This document shows positions 35,456 through 46,689 of a DNA stretch of 64,000 bases, in pieces. The notes under the pieces were generated by a model, which saw only the letters and a program-made list of their open reading frames with translations, did no database searches and had not been told where the DNA came from. Position numbers and translations under genes: made by a program. This DNA comes from Clytia hemisphaerica (taxonomy: Eukaryota). The DNA lies in contig NW_027103826.1 of NCBI RefSeq assembly GCF_902728285.1, forward strand, positions 116,759 to 180,758. The letters run 5' to 3'. The stretch's first letter is position 1. Each line of letters starts with the position of its first letter.

Positions 35456-36671
35456 TATCCATAATTTTTTTGAATTTCCTTGTTAGAATTTTCGTTGATT
35501 TCCGTCATATTGTTGCATTTTCAGGATCGTGGCAGCACAGAAAAAATTTGACGTCAATATATAAGGGGGGGTAAACCGGCCGGAGTACCATTTTCAACTA
35601 GTAATATCTCCTAAACCAAGCATTTTATGAGGCTTTTGTAGCTACCAATCGAAAGAGGACAAAATTCTGAACAAAAAAAACTGGTTTTGGGCGCCACCTA
35701 GCCGTTAACGATTATCACCATGCATTAACTCCTTTGATACCGTTCCAGCCAAAATCGTTCCTATTGGAACGACGTTTTCTCCAGCCTCTGATAGAAAGAA
35801 ATTTTCAATCGCTTTGAAACTGCATTTTCTTGAAAGTTGATACTTTTAATTAAAACGAAAACGACGTTTTCATACCGTGAAAAGCACAGCTCAAAATCAT
35901 ATATTTACGCTGTGCCGACGAATCGAGATTCTATTCATCGCGCAATCAGCGAAGACAAAAGTAACCATGACGACCATCCAAGATCTTGGATGAGCGTCAT
36001 AGTCGATATTTTTATTCCCGTCGTTGAAAACACAACTTACAAAAAGTCATCAATGCTTTTTAAAAAGAGTCAGTGATAGAGAATCATAACATAAAGTCTG
36101 TCTATTATTTCGATTCAATTAAAGTGACATTTCCATAATTAAAAGTTTAGTAATTACTGTTATACATTTGGGGATCATGTAAGAGATTTCTTTCGAAATA
36201 AACTCATTTCAACTAAACTTGGAGGTTGTTTCTGGGGAATTCGTAAATAGTAAACTGCATACTGATACAGTCTGCTAGACATTAATATGGTAATATTTGC
36301 TCTTCATCTTTGATTTTTTTTACAGTGATTAGATTGACACATGCGCGATAAAATTTCTATTATTTTGTCTTCAGAGGTTACTATTTTCTTTGAAAACTTA
36401 ACCTCTGATACTCAGGGTAACGTTTTCAAGTCTTTCATTAGTAAGTACGTTTCCTTTTTTTCATCAAAACGTGATTAAAACAGTACGCATTTTTATATAA
36501 TTTGCGAAAACTTCTTCCGTAAAAGTAATTTCGGAGAGCTCAATTCACGAAATATTTTCCGCGAAAATTACTTCCCTTAGGGTAGGAGCGATAATGGAAT
36601 GTAGTTAGAAGGTCGGTTATGACAACATAAATTTTATCCAGACAATTTCTAACACAGATATTTTTGTTTAG

Positions 36672-36969
36672 GAGGTGTAACCGACCATGTCGCAGATGTT
36701 TGAGGCTCCGAGATGGGACAATATTTGAATCGTGGACGCATATTTCCCTTAGTGATTTATTTTTGATAATCTTCCTGTGGTCAAACAACGTTTCTATGAC
36801 CAAAATAACGAATATTGTTGGAATACCAAAAAAAACAGTGATCAAAATGTTGCAGCTTCTTCGCCAAGTCTGTACGAATGATCTAGCCAGAAACCCAGTT
36901 GCTATTGGTGGTGGGGGTGCTAATTTTGTTGTCCAGATTGACGAGAGCCAATTCCATCACAGGCAAAGA
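36672..36969 (+). CDS. Merlin/ISXO2-like transposase copy 2, exon 1. This is the duplicated paralogue; its unit has no exon 0, so it is probably 5'-truncated
   Basis: Near-identical to 31823..32123 with one Gly codon fewer. There is no upstream zinc-ribbon exon inside its 4.85-kb unit. Confidence 0.5.
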
Positions 36970-37170
36970 GTATGTTTTCATACGAGTGAGAGAGATTTTT
37001 AACTACATTTTGCTCAAAAGTTTGTCATTCTTTTAAATTTTTGATAGAATCGAATGCATATTTTGCAGTTTAGTCTTAACAAAAAAATTGAATATTTTCC
37101 AAAGTGCGTTCGACTTCATTACATAATGTTGTTTTGACCCTATTCTTTTAATTCTCGTTTCTTTATATAG

Positions 37171-37452
37171 GGAGGAAGAGGAAGAAGAGCGCAGGCACCT
37201 GTTTGGGTATTTGGCTTGGCCGATACTCAATACACACCCGCCAAAGGCTATATGGAAATTGTGAACAGGCGAAATAGGCCCACTCTCACTGCTGTAATTA
37301 ATCGGGTTTTGAACCCTAACTCTGTCATACATAGCGATGAATGGCGTGCTTACAATAGGCTTCGAAACTTTGTACCGAACTGCATACAACACGATACCGT
37401 AAACCATACATACAACTTTGTCGTCGATCCTCTAACAGGAGCCCACACACAG
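37171..37452 (+). CDS. Merlin/ISXO2-like transposase copy 2, exon 2
   Basis: Same as copy 1 exon 2 with a 3-nt insertion (..NFVVDPLTG..). Confidence 0.5.
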
Positions 37453-37658
37453 GTAACCAGACAATAATTTTTTGTAAAATTAGCCATTGGGCTCGGTACA
37501 TTTTTTTAGTTCTCTGTAAAATTCTTGTAAAGTTTGCAGTTCCCTAAAAACCCCACCCCACCCATAAAAGTAAAAGCTTTGAAAAGTGATATTTTTAACG
37601 TTTTTATATTTTAGAAAAGTTTATACTTTTTTCAAACCCTTTCTTTTTTTTTCATTAG

Positions 37659-37759
37659 AACATTGAATCGTACTGGAACCGTTTTAAGCTGAAACTGAAA
37701 GCTATGAAAGGTGTCGAACGAGCCAATTTACAAAGTTACATGAACGAGTTCATGTGGAG
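37659..37759 (+). CDS. Merlin/ISXO2-like transposase copy 2, exon 3
   Basis: Identical splice sites and coding sequence to copy 1 exon 3. Confidence 0.5.
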
Positions 37760-38086
37760 GTAATTATTTTTCAATCGGAAAGAAATGATTTGAAGCTACC
37801 TGACACTGGCAGGCCTCTCATAACAGATGAGATGAAGTTTTTATAAGATACTTTAATGATTGGTCATTTGAAGTAATAACAATGACGTGTTCTTTAGAAA
37901 AAAGTAACAAAATTGTTTTTATTACTGGTTAACGACCAACCGAATCAAATGAGAGCTTGTAAAAATTCAATCTCGTCGTCCCTCTCATAAGGAATAAAAC
38001 AGCTAGTCCTAAATTTTTATTGGGTTTAAACGTCATTTGATAATCCATAGATTAGGCAATTTAATGATTTTGTAATTCTTTTTTAG

Positions 38087-38159
38087 GGACTGGTATGGAC
38101 TAGACCAAACATTTGACAACATAATCAACCGGATAAATATTGATTATCCACAAGCTTAA
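38087..38159 (+). CDS. Merlin/ISXO2-like transposase copy 2, exon 4 (stop 38157..38159)
   Basis: Identical to copy 1 exon 4. Confidence 0.5.
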
Positions 38160-39354
38160 GTTTGCTTTCATTGAAGTATGATTTTTATGTTTTCTTTTGT
38201 TATTGATTCACAAGTCATAGTTTGACTTCTAGAGACTAAAGCTATTTTTAGGTATTTTGTATGTATATGGTATAACATTTCATTATGCAGAACAAAGACT
38301 CTTACCATTAAAAAATATACTTTAACTCTTTATATTTTGCCCTTTCCGCCAAAATTTGTCTCGCGATATATCGCGTGGGATCGTCGATTCGCGAAATCAA
38401 ATCGTCAAATCCACGCGAAATTTTTGCTACCATTTTAGCAAACAAAGTTATCAAAACCATGCAATTTTGGTAAAATATGTCCATTTTTAGGGTCTTTCGC
38501 GAAATTATACTCACGCGAAAGTCTTGACTCACAAAATTAAATCCTATTAAAGTAGCCTTAATCTGTCTTATCTTGAAATTGTTCACATTGGTTAGTGCTC
38601 CTTCTTTTCCAGGCAACGTTGAAAAAAAGGTAAACAAACAGGGTAAAAAGGCACGTATAGTAGTGACAGGAACAATGTGAAAAGTATACTTGGGTGCGAT
38701 GTATACTTGTCTTGGGTGCGAGGAATACTTATGAAATGTACAGTGCTCAGTAAAATTGTTTTGTGTAAGTTCCTGTGAAAAGTGCTGAACATCCTAGTTT
38801 GGAAGATAGGCAAAAAAGTGTTCTTTTTCGCAAAGGTTGATTTTAGTTAAATCGGAGTCAAATGGGTCAATCATGAAAATTAATTCTTGCGAAATATATA
38901 GTCAAATAATCTTGATTTCCTTAAGATTTGCTCAAAAATTAAGAACATCTTAAAAACATGCCAAGGTTGAAATGAAGAAAAGTCTACTAAGGGATTCTTA
39001 ACGCTTAAATAACAGACACAAAACATAATTTCAACATTGTTTCAATGTCCAACTAATGTCTGATGTTGAAATAACATTTTTTGAACAACAAATTTCAAAG
39101 CTACTTTTTTGGATTCATTTTCTCAAAAAAATTGTTTTTAGCACTTACAAGTACCATAACGGGCGTTTTTCAGACTTGTCGAGCGCCCTCTCCACCCGAT
39201 ATAATTTATTTATAGAAGTGTATTTCTCAGGTCCATTGACCTCTATGAAACAATCTTACATTTTTACAATTTATAGATCTTATCATTCGTTTGTCAATTC
39301 TGTTATAGAGTTTTACAGTTAGGTACCTGGGCCTCTAACCCACTCTTCTTATAA

Positions 39355-40302
39355 TCATGTTGTTTCCGTCGAAAATTTCTTTAAATAGAGTTTAGTCCTA
39401 GGACTACCTCTCACTTTCCATATACCACTCTTGTCTTTTTCATTCGATGTTTTTTCTTTTGCTTTACGATGCCATTGTTTTATTATCTCCCGTTCTTTCC
39501 TTGAAAAATCGTCTGATACCCTGAAATCATCTTTATCTAGTTTGTGGGCTGATGCAAGTATTCTAATCCTTTCTTCTTCACTCTCGAGAGTAACTTTCAA
39601 TGGTCTCCATCGTTCATTTGTATACATTTCATCTTTACGAGCACCTATGCGTTCTACCTTGATTATCGTCACATCGAAACCCATTTGTTGTTTCAGTATT
39701 CTTTCTATGAAATCTTTGTCACCAACTCGTTGCTCTTCTTCGTTTTCGTGCTTGTTTTCACCTAAATCATGCACCATGATGTTGCACTTGGTTGATTTGA
39801 GCCAACGCTCCTCTTCGTTCACTGATTTGATGAAACTTTTTATGGTCACCTCTTGTTTTTGTAGATCTTCTTTGGTGACTTCTGCATATGATTGTTTTTT
39901 TGTTTCTGTGTTGTTGAGCTGTGTTTCAGATCGTTTGTTGTTCCGTTCTTTGTTGACGTCTTTTTTTTTCATTAGCTTCTCGATTTTCCTTTCTAGAGAG
40001 GTTATTCTCTCGTTGAAACCTAATTTCAATCCATGATGTTCATCTTTGTCTGCTTCTTTCGTTGTGATGTCACTGCGAGCTTTTTGTCTGCTTGTTTTAA
40101 TCCTCTCAAATAAGAGTGGCGTTATTGTAACACAATTTCCACATTCGAAGCGCCGGCTTTTATATTGCAGACAAAGCTGAATCTGATAGGCCGGGAGCTC
40201 AGAGCAAGCATAATGGACAAGTCTATCACATCTCCTACATTGTAAGGTGTCGTTATCTTCTATGATGGTGTTTATCAAACAGTTATTGGTTGTGCAATAC
40301 AA
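39355..40302 (-). CDS. LINE-1 ORF1p-like protein (Transposase_22-like RRM plus C-terminal domain) with an N-terminal PHD-like C4HC3 zinc finger and a coiled coil; 315 aa, intact
   Basis: The C-terminal half (KCNIMVHDLGE...FIERILKQQMGF...RWRPLKVTLESEEERIRILASAHKLDKDDFRVSDDFSRKEREIIKQW) parallels L1 ORF1p (NLRIIGVPE...R.IIVKF.K...KE.IL.AAREK....G..IRL.AD.SAET...RREW). The N-terminus is CLINTIIEDNDTLQCRRCDRLVHYACSELP..C..C, followed by a K/E-rich coiled coil. There is no RT or endonuclease ORF nearby. Confidence 0.6.
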   Translation of the reverse strand: MYCTTNNCLINTIIEDNDTLQCRRCDRLVHYACSELPAYQIQLCLQYKSRRFECGNCVTITPLLFERIKTSRQKARSDITTKEADKDEHHGLKLGFNERITSLERKIEKLMKKKDVNKERNNKRSETQLNNTETKKQSYAEVTKEDLQKQEVTIKSFIKSVNEEERWLKSTKCNIMVHDLGENKHENEEEQRVGDKDFIERILKQQMGFDVTIIKVERIGARKDEMYTNERWRPLKVTLESEEERIRILASAHKLDKDDFRVSDDFSRKEREIIKQWHRKAKEKTSNEKDKSGIWKVRGSPRTKLYLKKFSTETT

Positions 40303-41809
40303 TATCCATAATTTTTTTGAATTTCCTTGTTAGAATTTTCGTTGATTTCCGTCATATTGTTGCATTTTCAGGATCGTGGCAGCACAGAAAAAATTTGACG
40401 TCAATATATAAGGGGGGGTAAACCGGAGTACCATTTTCAACTAGTAATATCTCCTAAACCAAGCATTTTATGAGGCTTTTGTAGCTACCAATCGAAAGAG
40501 GACAAAATTCTGAACAAAAAAAACTGGTTTTGGGCGCCACCTAGCCGTTAACGATTATCACCATGCATTAACTCCTTTGATACCGTTCCAGCCAAAATCG
40601 TTCCTATTGGAACGACGTTTTCTCCAGCCTCTGATAGAAAGAAATTTTCAATCGCTTTGAAACTGCATTTTCTTGAAAGTTGATACTTTTAATTAAAACG
40701 AAAACGACGTTTTCATACATACCGTGAAAAGCACAGCTCAAAATCATATATTTACGCTGTGCCGACGAATCGAGATTCTATTCATCGCGCAATCAGCGAA
40801 GACAAAAGTAACCATGACGACCATCCAAGATCTTGGATGAGCGTCATAGTCGATATTTTTTATTCCCGTCGTTGAAAACACAACTTACAAAAAGTCATCA
40901 ATGCTTTTTAAAAAGAGTCAGTGATAGAGAATCATAACATAAAGTCTGTCTATTATTTCGATTCAATTAAAGTGACATTTCCATAATTAAAAGTTTAGTA
41001 ATTACTGTTATACATTTGGGGATCATGTAAGAGATTTCTTTCGAAATAAACTCATTTCAACTAAACTTGGAGGTTTCTGGGGAATTCGTAAATAGTAAAC
41101 TGCATACTGATACAGTCTGCTAGACATTAATATGGTAATATTTGCTCTTCATCTTTGATTTTTTTTACAGTGATTAGATTGACACATGCGCGATAAAATT
41201 TCTATTATTTGTCTTCAGAGGTTACTATTTTCTTTGAAAACTTAACCTCTGATACTCAGGGTAACGTTTTCAAGTCTTTTCATTAGTAAGAAAACGCCCC
41301 GCAAACTTTCTCATTTCTCAATTGTTCTCTTTCTGGCGGTATTGAAAGAGTTAAAACAACGCTCCGTGCCTGCTATTACGGTTCTCTAGAGAATTGGACT
41401 CGTATATAGAAGAACATTAAGAAGAACATCCCATCTGAAAATTGAGAAAATAAAGTCCAAATAATACGTAAATACGATTTTAGAACAAAATTAAAATGCC
41501 TTGCGCATGATTTTATTTTCGTCACCCGGTAATGCAGAAATGAAGAGTTTTTAGATTTGGCCGCGGGTTGAATTTTTTTCATTCATTCATTCATTCATTT
41601 AATGAATGAAAATGAAATGGGATGTCTTTTCCCCCAAAAGAGCAAGAAAAAAAATTTAATCACGTGTTTTTTTTTCTTTCACGTTTTTTTTCTTTTGTAT
41701 CCCCTTTTCATTTTTCTTTCTTTATTTGTTGGCTTGAACGTCAGACGTTCACATTAGTAAACTTTGAGGGAGATTTCATTTCGGTCATTTGCCAATTGAA
41801 ATCGTAATC

Positions 41810-43521
41810 ATGACCTTTGAAGACATATTAGCGATTTGTGAAGATGAGCAAGTTTTGATAAGGGAGCTGATGGATGCTGGCTTATTAGCGAGTACAAGAA
41901 AATGTATGAACCGGAGAAAACACGAAGACGATATTCAGATGATATTATTGCCAGATATGAAGACTTGGTAAGACGTTTTAATTTGCTTTTGTTTACCCTG
42001 AAAAATCATTTACGTTTCTATGAAGCTCTTTCTCCTTTCATGAATCTGATAAATATCAATCTCAAAGATGTTTGATACTTTCATTTGAAGTCTTAAAAGC
42101 CTTTAAATATAAAATATATCAAGAAACAAAGTCTAATAAAATATCAACACAATATATCAGCAGTAAACAAATAACTGACGCTTAAAAGCGGCAATTTTTT
42201 AATCCCCAGTAAGTTAATTATTTTTAACTTATTTTTTGCCTACATGTTTTTAAGGCGATGCCCAAGATGTACAAGCAAAGCTTCATTCAAGACGGGGTCG
42301 TTTTTTTCGCAAACAAATATACCACTTTCAAAATGGATTCAAGGCATTGATAGATGGGCACGCCAGATGAGCCTTAGGGTAATGATATATTTAAAAAAGA
42401 GGACACAATGAAAAAAACAGACCTTTATGTCCTTTATCGTAAATACTAACCTGATATTCATATGCTGAATTTTCTATCGGTACGTTTTTAAAGCTCTAAA
42501 GACACAATGAAAATATACCATCTACGTAGGCTAGGTCATCTTTTCAAAGCCCTACCTTAAGCTTAAGTAGCTAAATGCATACCCAGCAGGCATGGGACGT
42601 TGTTTTAACGTCCAAAATACGTTTTAAGAAATTTTAAGCTCTTAACAATTTCGGTCCAGTTTAAAAATAAAAACCAGTAAACAGTTTAAAATGTCTGCGA
42701 AATTTTCATGTAATAAAATATACTTTGATTCTTTAGGAGATTGCTGAGGATTTGGACTTGTCGATTCCTACAACAAGCCAAATGATGAAGCATTTTCGAG
42801 AGCAGTGTCAAAGTTTTTTCGACCGCAATCTTCATGAAACTGGTGGCCCTGGTATTCAAGTAAAAGTTAAAGAACTTAAGGTAATACCATTTTTACCGGT
42901 TGAAAGAGAGATCGCTACAATCGGTACAAAATCCTTTTTGCTTATTACCTAACCCTAACAAGAAACTATTTAAAAACAAAAGGTTGTTGAATCAAAACTA
43001 ACCAGATGGCCCGGCTGGTATCCTACTTAAAATTTGGGTATTTCTTAAAAAAGAGAATAGATAACATCGGGTGCCTAGGATTTGTTACTCTTAATCTAGA
43101 CTCAAATTAGTTTTATACTTTTTTTCAATAGAAATGCACCAACACGTGTAATATTCTTATCGCGTTAGATGGCAGTTGCGGACGAGGATACCTTTTCCAC
43201 AATACCAATGGAAGATTCCAGGAAGAAGATTATATGTTTGTGTCACCAATCAAGTCTGGAACCATGGTCTTCACCGACATTCGCGATTTAAACGTAAGGC
43301 CAAATGTTGCCATGTCCAATACTCTGGAGTTGTTTCAAGGCAATGACGATCAAGCGACACAAGCAATTAGATGGCTCAGGCACTTCAGAGGGGTACAATG
43401 TCAAAAGGCTGGTGCCCTATTATCTGAATATAATTTGCGCTTTTGGGTCGATGATGGACTGGAATTCCATGAAAGATTTTTTCAAGCTTTCGTAAGAAAC
43501 TATGAAAATGAATTTGTATAA
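41810..43521 (+). pseudogene. Divergent third IS1595/Merlin-like transposase paralogue, probably degenerate or catalytically inactive. Exon-like blocks at 41810..41967, 42737..42880 and 43132..43521
   Basis: Block A, MTFEDILAICEDEQVLIRELMDAGLLASTRKC.., is the N-terminal F.DE..C..L motif. Block B, EIAEDLDLSIPTTSQMMKHFREQC...TGGPGIQVKVKELK, aligns to ITNIVGIPKKTVIKMLQLLRQVC...GGGGGANFVVQIDES with the first catalytic D replaced. Block C, ..ILIALDGSCGRGY..FTDIRDLNVRPNVAMSNTLELFQGN..RHFRGVQCQKAGALLSEYNLRFWV, aligns to IHSDEWRAY..FVDPLTGAHTQNIESYWNRFK..LQSYMNEFMW. The GGK/RGR linker segment is missing and the A-to-B phases do not join cleanly. Confidence 0.4.
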
Positions 43522-43639
43522 ACTAAAATATATTGATCGCTAATTGTTGATTAAAGTGATAGTTTTTTATGGATCTATGAAAATCTTATATTTTTTATTG
43601 TTCTTTTTTTGAGAAAAAAAATATAAACTTAATTCCTAT

Positions 43640-44882
43640 GCTTTCATCGCCTATGCTTTCATCAATTTGACTAGGTCAAATTGTTTAACAGTGAACCGGA
43701 CATGGCTCTAGGTTGGATTGTTAAACAGTGGAAGGTTGGATTGTTTAAAAGTGGACTAGGTCAAATTGTCAGTGGACCGGACATGACTGTAGGTTAAATT
43801 GTTAAACAGTGGACTAGGTTGGATTGTTAAACAGTGGACTAGGTCAAATTGTTTAACAGTGGACCGGACATGACTGTAGGTTAAATTGTTAAACAGTGGA
43901 CTATAGGTTGGATTGTTTAACAGTGGACTAGGTTGGATTGTTAAACAGTGGACTAGGTTGGATTGTTAAACAGTGGACTAGGTTGGATTGTTAAACAGTG
44001 GACTAGGTCAAATTGTTTAACAGTGGACTAGGTTGGATTGTTAAACAGTGGACTAGGTCAAATTGTTTAACAGTGGACCGGACATGACTATAGGTTAAAT
44101 TGTTAACGTGGACTAGGTGGTTGGTTACTAGTGGACTAGAGGTTGGATTGTTTAACAGTGACCGGACATGGCTAGGGTTGGATTGTTAAACCGTGGATTA
44201 GGTTTGGCTTGTTAAACAGTGGACTGTAGGTTGGCTTGTTTTCACAGTGGACTTGGGGGTTGTTTAAACAGTGGACTGGTTGGATTGTTAAACAGTGGAC
44301 TAGGTTGGATTGTTTAAACAGTGGACTAGGTTCAAATTGTTTACAGTGGACTGTTGGCTTGTTAAACAGTGGACTAGGTCAAATTGTTTAACAGTGGACC
44401 GGATGTGTGGTTTGTTAAACAGTGGACTAGGTTGGATTGTTAAACAGTGGACTAGGTTGGATTGTTAAATAGTGGACTAGAGGTTGGATTGTTTAACAGT
44501 GAACCGGACATGGCTAGGTTGGATTGTTAAACAGTGGATTAGGTTGGATTGTTAAACAGTGGACTAGGTTGGATTGTTAGTGAAATTGTTAAACAGTGGA
44601 CTAGGTTGGATTGTTAAACAGTGGACTAGGTTGGATTGTTAAACAGTGGACTAGGTTGGATTGTTTAACAGTGGACTAGGTTGGATTGTTTAACAGTGAA
44701 CTAGGTCAGATTGTTTAACAGTGGACCGGACATGATTATAGGTTGGATTGTTTAACAGTGAAATACTTTCTGGTCTGTATTTTATAACATTATTAGGTTA
44801 AACGACATTAGGTTATATTCTTTAACAGTGCTCTCCACTACTAAAGAATCCAACCAGTGACCACGCTAGCTGCACCTGATCC
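43640..44882 (-). repeat. Right arm of the giant element: the same minisatellite in inverted orientation plus a unique terminus
   Basis: CTAGGTTGGATTGTTAAACAGTGGA units are the reverse complement of the left array. 44760..44882 is the reverse complement of 26542..26650. Confidence 0.8.
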
Positions 44883-45631
44883 CAAAAATCAAAACCACCC
44901 GATCGCCCTTTTCAGGAGTTCTGCAAATTCTAACTCAAGAGCTACAAATAAGGATTTTAAAATCATGTAAAGTCACCTCCTCAAATTCAGCAAAAGTAGG
45001 TTTAGGAAATCGATGAGGTATATTTGGACTTCGCACTATTTCCTCGCCGTGTGCTTCACCTGAAATAAGTGGATTTATATTGTTATTAAAGGTTATACTA
45101 GGAACAAGTGTAAATTATAGTCTATGCTCTTTCATAGGACACAGTTAATAAAGGGTCATTCGACATCAGTTATGAAATTGAACACTTTTCAACCAGACCA
45201 AAGGAAAACAACATCGGAAAATTTCGAAATACTAGGTTACGCAAGCTCTTTTTAGCGTATCAGAACTATACAGACGAACAAAGAATTAGTAGACATCTCA
45301 AAGCTACTAACTTTTGGAAAAATCTTTGGGGGGCAAATGCCCCCCCCCCCCCCCCGGTTGCTACGGGCCTGAACTGACCTCGAACCGGGAAAGCAACCAA
45401 GAGTTCCCAAAGAAGAAGCATTTTGAGCATTATTTGGCATTGAAATGTGCACCGATGGTATTCGAATACCTAATTAGAGGTATCTTGAATATAAAATGAG
45501 ATAAAAGCCAAAATTTTCGAAGTTGCTAAACATTTTAGGCTCAAAATCTATGCGCATCTTTTTGACTGAAATCCAGAAAATCCTTAGCAACTCCAGAACT
45601 CTTGAAAAGACTCGGAAAACAGATGACCTAC

Positions 45632-45751
45632 TTATTTTCCGTACAAAAGCATCAGTAAATTGAAGTCTTCGATCATTTAACGATAACTTGGCATCACTTG
45701 GAACCAACATGAATCCAAAAGTGTATTTATTGCAGATATGGAATTTCAGCT
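45632..45751 (-). CDS. COLGALT-like gene B exon 6 (120 nt)
   Basis: Acceptor ttcttttcag, donor a|gtaggt. Encodes (K)LKFHICNKYTFGFMLVPSDAKLSLNDRRLQFTDAFVRKI. Confidence 0.5.
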
Positions 45752-46168
45752 CTGAAAAGAATAATAGAGTATACATTGGGCAGGTAACGATATAAAACTA
45801 AAATATGAAATATGTTGTTAGAGCATTGAAAATAAACATATCATGCATCAATTTGGATTTAGAAAATTATTTAGATAACTCAATACTTATGTAGTCAATG
45901 GATAAATTCAGCTCTCTACCTCGCAAACCAACGTGGTAATTTAAAGTTAACATGTCCAGTAGGCTGCTGGGATCCACAAAACGGATTTGGACTCAACTAA
46001 ACGGATTCGGACTCCTTAAAGGTGGTCATAGGAGGTCTGTGATTCAGATTCAATGTTCAGTCAATACTTATTTTGTCAAAGAACGTTCTCGGTAGTGATC
46101 CTACTTTTGACTAACCACAAAAAATCAACATATCTTGAGTGGATAGATTTTCGCTAATGTATTTGTAT

Positions 46169-46337
46169 ACAGTTGACGCTCTCTAATCCGACGTTCTACT
46201 ATTCGATAGGCTTCATTATTCGATAAAATTCAAAGTCAACAAGAAACTCTCTTAAACAACGCTGTTTTATTCGATAAGCTCCCTTATTCGATGAAAATCC
46301 AATTCCCCTTGAAGATCGAATTAGAGAGCGTCAACTG
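46169..46337. mobile_element. Second copy of the same TA-TSD MITE, 15 bp downstream of the exon 5 donor of gene B
   Basis: TA at 46167..46168 and 46338..46339. Termini CAGTTGACGCTCTCTAAT / GAATTAGAGAGCGTCAACTG. Confidence 0.6.
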
Positions 46338-46352
46338 TATTTGTAAACTTAC

Positions 46353-46560
46353 TGGCAATCTTTTGTATCACAAAGGCAAAAATGAGAAGATCATCAATCA
46401 TTCCTTTGTAAGAAGCAGGTACGGGACTTAATTGGATGTCATCGGTGTTTGAATCTCGGAGGTGTATCAGGATAGCAGAATGGATCATTGGAACCCTGAA
46501 CGTTCCCTTTGTTGTTTGTGAAAGTATCAAAGGGTAGTTTTCAGATCGCTTGTAATATCC
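46353..46560 (-). CDS. COLGALT-like gene B exon 5
   Basis: Acceptor cttcag, donor a|gtaagt. Encodes GYYKRSENYPLILSQTTKGTFRVPMIHSAILIHLRDSNTDDIQ..IDDLLIFAFVIQKIA. Confidence 0.6.
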
Positions 46561-46689
46561 CTGAAGTGAAGAAAAAAAACATGCAATAAATTAGCCAACG
46601 ATGTCTAATGGTGCTTGGAGATTTTATTTCAATTCTAATACGTCTAAAATATACTGCATGTATGTTCTTTTATCTCCTAGGGAATAGTA

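Larger units (their letters stand above)
31597..41290 (+). repeat. Tandem duplication, two ~4.85-kb units (31597..36432 and 36433..41290), about 99% identical
   Basis: Every ORF in 31691..35455 recurs at +4846 to +4854. Each unit carries transposase exons 1 to 4 on the plus strand and the ORF1p-like gene on the minus strand. Confidence 0.85.
26542..44882. mobile_element. 18,341-bp composite DNA transposon (Merlin/IS1595-like cargo) with foldback-type kb-scale terminal inverted arms and an 8-bp TSD, CAAAAATC
   Basis: Left terminus GGATCAGGTGCAGTTAGCGTGGTCACTGG (26542..) and right terminus CCAGTGACCACGCTAGCTGCACCTGATCC (..44882) are reverse complements with 1 mismatch. CAAAAATC at 26534..26541 is repeated exactly at 44883..44890. 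Each arm is ~110 bp of unique terminus plus an inverted 25-bp minisatellite array (26650..28500 and 43640..44770). The interior carries three transposase genes or relics. Confidence 0.7.

Noticed and set aside
35837-36076. ORF 35837..36076 and ORFs 34205..34471 / 39056..39322 inside the duplicated unit
   Set aside because: They are short and low complexity, with no motif. They are duplicated only because the whole unit is.
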